This document shows positions 1 to 10,987 of a DNA stretch of 64,000 bases, one piece after another. The notes beneath the pieces are model-generated. The model did not search any database. It saw only the letters and a list, made by a program, of their open reading frames with translations, and was not told where the DNA came from. Every line of letters begins with the position of its first letter. Position 1 is the first letter of the stretch. The DNA is from Eledone cirrhosa (Eukaryota): assembly GCA_964016885.1 (NCBI GenBank), contig OZ024742.1, positions 364,994,001-365,058,000 on the forward strand. The letters run 5' to 3'. A program made the position numbers and the translations under genes.

Positions 1-84
1 CACGTTGTTTATTACATAACTATTAGGCTCTGTTACCTACATAGAGCACTCTTTTTTCCTGGACTTTTCCGACGGAATTACTTC

Positions 85-132
<48 letters not shown>

Positions 133-155
133 AGGAGGTGAGTTTTATTGTAGTA

Positions 156-1053
156 CGAGCAGTAAAGCCCGGCGTTGCTCGGGGTCGCTCAGTAGCTGTG
201 TTAAAGTTACAATGTTAAGTTTCTTTCTTGGCTTAAAAACTGTAGTGTCTACTGTGCAGACTTGCATGTGGTGTTTTTGATTAATATTCCCTCAACCAAC
301 AATATGCCTTATGAAGTTAAGAAAACATAACGATAACCCCAATGTTATAACAAAAGAGGATGCTGGGGATAGAAACTGCACTGGTTATTTATTAACAAAG
401 ATCGAAAATGTAAACACTGCAACGCAGAGAAAAACATTAGCGTAACCAAATTATCAGTTATGTCTGTCTGCACGCCTATATCACCTCTCTGCACGACTGT
501 CTGTCTGCACGCCTATATCACCTCTCTGCACGACTGTCTGTCTGCACGCCTATATCACCTCTCTGCACGACTGTCTGTCTGCACGCGTATATCACCTCTC
601 TGCACGACTGTCTGTCTGCACGCCTAACGACGAAATATTTGCTTGTTTTACGTAGTCTTTAAATAGACTTGTTTTCAAGTAAAAATATTGTTTTAAAATG
701 CTTTTAAATGGAAATGAAGCAAAACGGAAGCTTAGTGTTCGAACTGATGAATTTTGCAGGTCAATATTTTGCTGGCTCGACAACTGTTAAAGCCAGCGTA
801 ATTTTTTACGTAAGACGCTCAATGTAAACAGAACAAAGGGAAATAACTGATAACTTACGCTCAAAAATCGATACATTATATTCGATTTCGTCACATAGGG
901 TGGGTCAATTTGAAATTTTTTTTTTCCGATGTCTTCGCTAGGGCTCAATGTACAAGTATAACAATTTCGGTGCTATTCCGTGAGAGATTCTAAGAGGAGA
1001 TGTGTGCCAAAAATCGATAGACAGACAGACAACCACAGTTTTATATATATAGA
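156..1053 (-). mobile_element. Probable non-autonomous Helitron-like element
   Basis: On the minus strand it starts A|TCTATATATATAAAA (1053) followed by (TGTC)n. It ends with the hairpin CCCGAGCAACGCCGGG (168-183) and CTCG|T (156-159; one mismatch to CTRR). It contains an internal 37-bp tandem repeat. Confidence 0.6.
461..626. repeat. 37-bp tandem repeat, ~4.5 copies
   Basis: TGTCTGTCTGCACGCCTATATCACCTCTCTGCACGAC repeated at 461, 498, 535, 572 and 609 (partial). Confidence 0.95.
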
Positions 1054-1174
1054 TAATAAAGCAATGCAGATATCGGATAAGTAGCACTCTACAATTTGTA
1101 GGACTGGAGTATAAATAATATATAAGATCAAAAGATGGTTAAAACATGGAACTCTTTTAACCATCTTTTGTTCT

Positions 1175-2390
<1,216 letters not shown>

Positions 2391-2485
2391 GTATATATAC
2401 AAAAATTTATTTAAAATTGTTGGGTTACAACAAGTAAATATTTTTTAATTGATATAAAAGCACTCAACAGATTTTGGAGTATTTT

Positions 2486-2834
2486 ACGATATTAAACAAA
2501 TGGAAACTACATTTATAAAACCATATTTATTTCATTATATATATTTCAGGGATATCATATTAAAAATATGGTATGCTCTCTTCAGACAAAATACAATATA
2601 TAAACAGTTTTATAAATAAATTTGACATACCTTGGAAAATTTACAACTTCCATTTAAAAAGTTTAAATGGAAGTTGTAAATTTTCCAAGGTATGTCAAAT
2701 TTATTTATAAAACTGTTTATATATTGTATTTTGTCTGAAGAGGGCATACCATATTTTTAATATGATATCCCTAAAATATATATAATGAAATAAATATGGT
2801 TTTATAAATGTACTTTCCATTTGTTTAATATCGT
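2486..2834. repeat. ~350-bp near-perfect palindrome with degenerate HHR-like motifs
   Basis: Arms are centred near 2660 (CCATTTAAA aag TTTAAATGG). CTGAAGA lies at 2735-2741 and is mirrored on the minus strand. Confidence 0.9.
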
Positions 2835-3002
2835 ATATATGTATATATGTGTTTATGTATATGTGCGTGTGTGTGTGTGTGCATGTGTGTTTATCTACTT
2901 TTATTTTTATTGTTTCCTTTCCTTCTTCCTTTTCCAGCCTCACTTTCATATAGATTATATTTTTGTTTTTAAAATCCACTGTCAATAAATACACCAGGAT
3001 TT

Positions 3003-3063
3003 TTTCATTCTGATGACTGAAAGCAAATTTCGTTTGCTTTCAAGAAACCACTGGTAAATGAAA
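3003..3063 (+). ncRNA. Type I hammerhead ribozyme upstream of a PLE ORF
   Basis: TTTCATT-CTGATGA-stem II (TGAAAGCAAA/TTTGCTTTCA)-GAAA-CCACTGG-TA-AATGAAA; 7-bp stem I; predicted cleavage at GUA after 3056. Confidence 0.8.
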
Positions 3064-3264
3064 TAATTATCTTTTGTTGTTTATTACATAACTATTAAGC
3101 TCTGTAACCTACTTAGAACACTCTTTTTTCCTGGACCTTACTTCATTTATACAGCTCCAACCGGGATTGATTGAAGCATATTCTATATTACATATGTGAC
3201 TGGCACTTTCCAGCCCGATTAGTTGAGCACTCTACAGTTTTCAGGAATTTAACCAACATACACC

Positions 3265-3833
3265 ATGGACCTTTATGAATTGGATTATTCAATCAAAAAT
3301 ATACCTACTCCTTCCAATACAACTTATACCAAACTGCTTATAGATAAAATCGAACAAGTCGTTAAAAGAATGAGATGGAAGGCAATGGTTTACGATGGAC
3401 TATTCAGTGCTGATACAAATGATTGTTTTGTCATAAAATCCCGTAAATACCCACCTAGAATTAAAGACATGGCCAACTTCGAATTAGACCTTGTTAATTT
3501 AATTAGTGATATCAAATTTCATAAGTACAATAATAATTTCCAAACTAAACTTTCTAACGATATTTCTAATTTTAAAAATTCTACAAACACTTTTGTTCTT
3601 TCCGATAAAACTAAAAATCTCTTTGAAGTTAATAGTATTTTGTATAACCAAATTTTAACTAATAGTATCACCAACAAATATCAATTAACTAATAATAACA
3701 CCTACAATACTATTAGTAAAGAAACTGAAGAACTAGCTAGTTCTTTAAAAATAGACAACCGGATTGAAAGCCTAGCTAAACGAAAAGCATATATTACCCT
3801 TAAAGACCATAAATTAGATTTTACTAATCGACC
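3265..3833 (+). pseudogene. Penelope-like element ORF, N-terminal fragment (3'-truncated)
   Basis: YSIKNIPTPS...LIDKIEQVVKRMRWKA...SDKTKNLF...AYITLKDHK is a typical PLE pre-RT region. It is truncated at a (CA/TA) microsatellite. Confidence 0.75.
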
Positions 3834-3858
3834 TATATACACATATACACACACATAC

Positions 3859-4160
3859 ACTCCCTTGGCAGTGGAGATTTCTGGTGTCCTTAGCCCTACG
3901 GCTACCTCCATACTCACCACCATAGGCGCTGTGCTAGCCAGCTGCAGGTGTTAACCCCGCGAGTTGGAATGGCTCTTCCAGCGCATCTCCCTTACCATCC
4001 TCCAGGGAAACGCCTTCTGCATTCTGTCTGCCGGGGCTGTGGGACGGTCAGCACGTGGGACCACATTTTCTCACCATACAGAGAGATGGGGAGGGCGATG
4101 AGGGTGGGAGTTCGGCTCTTCCATGTCCGGACACATTACACAATTCTTTCGTAAATAAAG
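3859..4160 (+). mobile_element. 3' fragment of a CRE-like (RLE) non-LTR retrotransposon
   Basis: PLAVEISGVLSP...*PRELEWLFQRISLTILQGNAFCIL resembles the C-terminus of CRE-type RLE proteins. A second related fragment lies at 4736-4818. Confidence 0.6.
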
Positions 4161-4389
4161 TATCCATATCCCTCTATTAATCAATTTTCCCTTCCATTCT
4201 CTTTTGAATATATTGGTAGGAATACAGCCCAGTTACTTTGGAGCTCACTTTAATTTAACGGACCACGTGATCAGCTACACCCCATATATACACACTAAAA
4301 TATATTTTGGAAATTCCAACCTTCAGATATAACTGCTTTCCTTTAAATATAGTTTTCCCCGAATAATTGTTATTATTTTCCTAATATTA

Positions 4390-4610
4390 GGGTGGTGCAT
4401 TGACAGTGTCGGTAGAGGGTCGGACGCCATGCTTTCCAGCATAGAGTTACAGCCCTTGCCATTCTGAGTTCAAATCCCGCCGAGGTTAACTTTGCCTTTC
4501 ATCGTAACGGGGTCGATAAAATAAAGTTGCATTCACGCACTGGGGTCGATTTAATCGACTTTCCCCTCCCCCAAAATTGCTGGCCTTGTGCCTATATAAG
4601 AAACCATTAT
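4390..4610 (+). mobile_element. tRNA-derived SINE (family 1)
   Basis: B-box-like GAGTTCAAATCCC, core TTTGCCTTTCATC..GGGGTCGATAAAATAA, tail GCTGGCCTTGTGCC..GAAACC-(ATT). An inverted copy lies at 16064-16230. Confidence 0.75.
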
Positions 4611-4735
4611 TTTCCTAATATTTATTTCTTCTATTTCGGCTAGACAATATTTTCATAGTTTTCTTTACATATGCCTCCCTTTAACTACAGTCACCGCTCA
4701 GTGACCTGGCTAATAGGGGACCAATAAACCACCAT

Positions 4736-4818
4736 AGTTGGAGTGGCTTTTCCAGCGCGTCTCCCTTGCCGTGTTTCGGGGAAACGGCTTCTCCACTCTG
4801 TCCGCCGGGGCTGTGGGG
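4736..4818 (+). mobile_element. Second CRE-like 3' fragment
   Basis: LEWLFQRVSLAVFRGNGFSTLSAGAVG, homologous to 3961-4044. Confidence 0.55.
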
Positions 4819-5242
4819 AGACAAGCCGATTATATTACGAATTCTGTTGAATAGTCTTAAATTCAAAGGTTGTTAAAGTTAGTAGATGTTACTAGCTGAA
4901 AGCAGCATTACTATGTTTCACCGATGCGTGACATTTATGAACATAATATGCATATTTGTTGATTCATTGTCTAGAAATTTGGATAACCAATAAACTAGTA
5001 GAGTCTTCTGTGACAGATGATGCTTAGTTACCAACACTGATCATCATTATAAGGAGAAGCTGTCTACTATTATGTAATCAATATTTATTTAAATCTAATT
5101 TCATTCTTTTGCATTTAGATTAAAAACTAGCGGGAAAGAGTTGAGTGATAAGTTTGGGGGATGTTTAATTTATTCAGAGTAGATGGGGAAATATATTACT
5201 GTTTCGGGAATATATTTACACTAACATGGGACAAAATCGTAA

Positions 5243-5243
<1 letters not shown>

Positions 5244-5287
<44 letters not shown>

Positions 5288-5322
5288 TCTACTACTACTA
5301 CTACCACCACCACCACCACCAG

Positions 5323-5392
<70 letters not shown>

Positions 5393-5411
5393 GCTACTAC
5401 TACTACTACTG

Positions 5412-5461
<50 letters not shown>

Positions 5462-5465
5462 GCTG

Positions 5466-5497
<32 letters not shown>

Positions 5498-5532
5498 TCT
5501 ACTACTACTACTACCACCACCACCACCACCAG

Positions 5533-5573
<41 letters not shown>

Positions 5574-5590
5574 ATAATAATAATAATAAT
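5244..5590. repeat. (TAC)n/(CAC)n/(TAA)n trinucleotide microsatellite
   Basis: Read directly; includes an internally duplicated TTCTTC...CACCAG block. Confidence 0.95.
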
Positions 5591-8500
5591 GATTTCATTT
5601 ATTGGCCACAAGGGCCGACATATAGGGGACAATACAAAAGACTGGGACAGTGGGGTTTTACAGAAAAATCGAGTAAACAATATGAATAACAATAACAAAG
5701 TAACAATAAAGTAACAAGAAAATTACAAGAAAAAAATTCCCCAATAGGGGGGATGACCACCTAGGGTTCGCTCAGGTACCCCACCAATCCTGAACGACCC
5801 GACGCTTCGAGAGCACCCTGGAAGGGAACCCCTCTCCTCTTCAAATTTACCTACCTACAGCCGCATGACCAGAGTAGGCCCACTCACACAGGCCATTCTC
5901 GTCACATTCACCCACCTTTCAGCAAATGTACTGGGGGGACAGCACTTCTCTCTCCACCCTCACCTTCCTTTCCAAGTGAAACTTGAAAAAGTTGATGAGG
6001 GATTGGCCGAAGGGAAAAGTGTCTGTCTTCAGTCCTTTCAACCTCGTCCACCATACAACCTCTTTCGCTACTGTCACCAGACAGAGGAAAATTGCCTGCC
6101 CTTCCTAGCCAAAAGAAGGTGGCGAGTCGATCTTCACTATGGACTCGGCCGATAGCCGGATCCGTTCTACACGCGACAACAGCTGTTCAACATAACTCCA
6201 CAAGTCAGTAATGCACGGACACTGGACGAGTGCGTGCAGAACGGTTCCGTTGCTCTGCGCGCATCTCGGGCAGGTCCGTCTGACAGCACTTCCGTGCCTG
6301 TAGAGTTTATCTCGAGGGATTTTTGGAAATTATCCATCGTCTCCGGCTCGAAAGTCCTACGGTACAGACTGGTGAGTTCGACTGCGTTGACTCCCAGAGC
6401 CTCTCCGAGTGCGTCATTGCACTTGCCCACCACTAATCCTCTATAGAACTCGAGAGTGGAAGTTCCACTGACCGCATTGCCCGCCTGGTAGAGGGCAGTG
6501 AATGCCTGGCAACATTCCAGATGCCAGTCACCCAGTCTCGGTCTCTTCTTGACCCAGGACTGCAGCTCAGTCAAAGAAACGAGCTGCTGACAAACGGCGA
6601 CCACACCTGTTCACCGTTTAGGCAGAATATCTGGAGATGCGGCAGCCTCAGCGCGTGCCTGCGCATCATTAGCCGCGGCATGCCCAGCCCTCCACGTAGA
6701 GGGTGCTGGCAGCATATGGACCGCCTCACGAGCGGAACCTGACCCCTCCACAAAAATTTGAAGAGGAGCCGCTCCAAGATGGCGAGGCGCGAACGGGGGC
6801 AAAGGACGACGGTCAGACGGTAGTAGATGACGGGCGCGATGTACGCGTTCGCCACCTCCGCCCGACCTTTCAGTGATAGCTTCATCCCAGCCCATTTCTG
6901 GGTGAGACTGGCTACCCTGCCCGTCACCTCGTCCCAATTCTTATCCACCTGGAGGTCTGGCACGAACTAAACCCCTATCAACTTTACCGGTCCGTCCGTC
7001 CAGCGCCTAACGACGCTGTTGGACGGCATGGACTTGCCTCTCCCGGTGCCGAGTTGCAAGCCCACCGACTTTTCCAGGTTAAGTGTTGCTGCCGTCAACC
7101 TTTCATATTCCTCCAATAAGTTGCCGACCACCTCGATTTCTGAGGTGTCCGACACCATCACGGTGATGTCGTCCGCATAAGCCGACACAGCCCTTCCGCG
7201 TCCCGGTCGAACGGGATGCCCTGCAACAGCTCCAGCTTCTGCAGTAAAGGCTTGAGAGTCAATACGTACAGAAGGGACGAGAGAGGGCACCCTTGACGGA
7301 CCGATCGGGAGACCTGAAACGGTTCCGAGAGGTGGCCATTAATTTTGACCATCGAGCAGGTGCCGCTGTGCATTGCAGCGATCCAGCTTCTGAAGACGGA
7401 GCCGAAGCCAGCCGCCTGGAGGACAGCCTCCAGATACTGATGGTCGACCCTATCGAATGCTTTCGATTGATCTAAATTGATCAGAGCCCCACCGAATCCA
7501 GGTTTACACCCTACCCCTCTATGATGTATCGCATTAGGTGGAGGATGTCGTGTATGGACCTGGTTGGGATTGCGCAAGTTTGCGCCTCGCCAACCAAATC
7601 CCCGAAGACAAGCGCCAACCTCTTCGCTAACACGCTGGCCAAAATCTTAAACTCTGTGTTGAGCAGAGTTATGGGCCTGAAATTGTCTAATGTGTCCCTC
7701 TTGTTCTCGTCTTTCCTTATCAGCCTCACTACACCCCGGCTCACAGAAATGGGAATACTCCCGTTTTGCTGCCAGTTGCAGTAGAGGGCCTCGAGGAGAT
7801 TGGAGAACAAGTCTGGCATATTTACGTAAAGCTCGTAGGGCAGACCATCCAAACCGGGTGACATGCGCTTCATGCAGCTGACAAAGGCATCCTGAATCTT
7901 GGCTGAAGTAATTGGCCTTTCGCAGCGCCTAGTGTCAGCCGTCGAGAGTTGCGGCAAGCCATCGAGGTAGGGACTGAAGTCCGCCACCATCTCTAACCCG
8001 CCACTTCCCCCGAACAACCGAGCAAAATGTTGGCGAAAGGCCTCACACATCCTCTTGGATCGCTCAGCTCGTGCCCGTCTCGGTCCGTCAAAGCCAGAAT
8101 CGTGGTTTTATTACTACGCTGCGCCTCTGCCACGCGGGCCCATCGAACAGCTTTGGTTCCCTCGTTTCTCAGGAAAATCTTGTCGGTACCTGTCAGACAG
8201 TTGGAACTGGCTGATCTGGTTCTTGAGGCTTTTGCACCCCCCGCTCCTACGGATACTCCCACACAGTCCCAGCGTGCGTCTAAGATGCCGTTCCAGTCCC
8301 TCGCTAACAGTAAAGGGCGAGACGTACCCCAAAAGGCTTCCAGGTGTCCAAAGAAGTCCGGCCGTCCTGCCCCAGTAGGAGCATAGACGGCCACCAGTCT
8401 AAAGGCACCACCTTCGTTATTGTTCACGTCCAGGACTACCAACTTCCCGTCCGGGTCCCGGAAGATCGGCCTTACCTCGAGATCCAGGCCTTTGCTAAAC

Positions 8501-10913
8501 AGCACTGCCACCCCGCTTCCCATTTCCGACCGGCTAACAGATGCAAAGATCTGATAGTCGTCGAAAATGGGGGCTAGTGCGCGCGTGTCGGAAATTCTTG
8601 TCTCGCTGACGGCAATTACATCCATTTCTATAGACCTGAGGTCGTTGAGCAGGTGAACCTGCTTCCAGGACGATCCCAGGCCTCGAACATTTAAACATCC
8701 TACTCTTAATATGGCCATGTTGGCAGGTTAAACAGAGAGAGAGAAAGGTTTACTCACCTTCCGGGCTCTTGTGAAGGTTGGGTTGTTCGACCTCCATAGT
8801 TGGTGGGGTTTCTTTTGGGAACCCCTTTAAAAGTCTTGAAGTGGGTTTTACGTTCGGGGTTCCCTCGTCGTATTTCTTTGAATATATCGAGCGACATTCG
8901 CACCAGAACCAAATATTCCGGCACGCGAAATGTGCTCGATTTAAAAGTTTCCCCCTCTTTTTGTATATTTTCACTTCGTGCTACGAGGGCCAAAAATTCC
9001 TTGTTGGCCCTCCTGACGAGCACGAAGGTTTGTATGTTTTGTTGGTGTCATTTTATTTGTTTGCGTGGCTGTGGTGGTGATAGTTTTGGTGGTGTTGTTT
9101 CGGTTGTATCTGTGTTTGTTGTGAGTGCGGTGTCTGTGGTTTCAGATGTTTGTGTGTATATTTGTTCTTGCGTCTGTTTAGGTTGTTTGCGTTTGGGGGA
9201 TTCTGGTGATGGTGATGGTGGTGTTGATGTTGGTGTTATTGGGGAGATGTTTGCGTGGGTGGTGTCTGCGTTTTTTATTGTGGGTGATTTTGTGCTTTGT
9301 TGAGTTTTTTTTTTTTTGTGTTTCCTTTTTTGTATTTTGGGGGATTTGGATTTTACCTCATCTTCACTACTGGTAGATGAGGGGTCTGTGTCTGTAAGTG
9401 TGTCTGTATGTATGTTTATGGTTTTATTGGTGTGTGTATTTTTGGGGGGAGGGGGAATTTGACAGCTTTCCTCGTTTCCCCCCTGGGTGGTCAATGTTGG
9501 TGGTGGTCTTTCTATTGGTGTTGTTGTTGGTGGTTTTGCCGGTGCTGGTGTTGGTTATGGTCCTCGCTTCGGCGTCGGCAGTAGTGGAGCCTTTCGACCC
9601 CTTGCCTCTTTCAGCAGTTGAGGCCAGAAGGCTCGCAAATGGGTTTTTTCCCCACAAACAAAACACTGCGGCCTTTTGCCTTCGGTCATAATGTGAATGA
9701 CCGTCCCATTCTGAAGGCGGATGTGGTCCCGGATTGTCTTCACATTCTCGGGCCTGATCTGGAGAAGGATCTCCAGGTCAACCCCGGACCAGTCCTCTCT
9801 GACCGTTCTGATCACTTCTATAGGGACTGTATCCGTCCCCTCCACAATCACACATCCCAGAAGCCACCACATGTCAAGTCCTAGTGGGATTCTGGGAATG
9901 CGGAGACGGGCTGTTCTTTTTCCCATGTGGGAGGGGTACATTATAACCTTGCTGGTTTTGCAAGGAGTCATAGCGTGTTTCATAGCGAGGGTTTCTGACT
10001 TGAACAACACCGAAATGGTGCCGTACTGTCTGCCCCTCTCTATGTACTGGGTGTCTTCTCTGATGCACCTCAGCGCAACTTCGACATCTTCTTGTGGGAT
10101 TAAAGCTGCCCTTTTGGTTTGTGCTGAGATGCATCTATAATGCATCGTTCTGCGCTCCACTGCCTCAATAGCTTCTACCGGGACAGTTAAGTTGGCCCAG
10201 GTTTGCTCTTGTTTAATGAGCTTCCATACCTGGGCCAACTTTTCATCTTTGTTTGAGAGGTCCATGTTGATGTATGGCCTCTTTTTTGCTGCTGCCGCAG
10301 CGAAAGTGTTCTTCTTGTTTTCGTTGGGGGTTTTGTTGTCGTTGTTGTTGTTGGTGTTGTTGTTAGCACTGTCGCTGTTATCATTGTTGTCTTTGTTGCC
10401 ACCGTTGTTCTCGGTGCAGTTGGTATTGTTGCTGTTGGTGTTGTCGCTATTTGTTTTCATGTTAGTGGTGTTGATATTGTTGTTGTATTTGTTATTTTTT
10501 TTTTTGTTATCTGTATTTTCGTTGTCGCTGTTATTGTCATTTTTTTCAAAATTAGAATACTCATTGGTATCATTGGTGTCTTTCTTTACCTTGTTTGTGG
10601 TGGTGTTTGTGTTATCAATGTGTGTTAATTTCGCTGTAGCGCTCCTCTCAACTTCCATGTCGTTGTCGCACGACAGCCGACATATCGCTGGGGGGCGTGG
10701 CTCAGCCATGTTTTTTTTTCTCCGTAAATGTTTTAACATGTAAAAAAAATTCAAATATTTGGGCCAAAAGGCCCAAATATTATACTTTCCCCTTCACAGG
10801 GCAAATTTAAGGGCTTATATCCCTTACACCACAATAAATATTTAACAACAAATAATTTTAACAGGCAAATAAAGCGACTTACTGGGAGCGAGCAAAATAC
10901 GTCCGCTTAGACC

Positions 10914-10914
<1 letters not shown>
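5590..10914 (-). mobile_element. Tx1-like L1-clade retrotransposon, near full-length, degraded
   Basis: ORF1 (10709 down to ~8750, frameshifted) has the knuckle-like CFVCGEKTHLRAF. ORF2 from 8718 has APE motifs (GCLNVRGL, VSETR, VYAP, DWN) and RT motifs (NFRPITLLNTEFKI, LDQSKAFDRVDH, RQGCPLS, AYADD). The 3' end AATAAATGAAATC abuts (ATT)n. Confidence 0.9.
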
Positions 10915-10972
<58 letters not shown>

Positions 10973-10987
10973 CATAATAATAATAAT

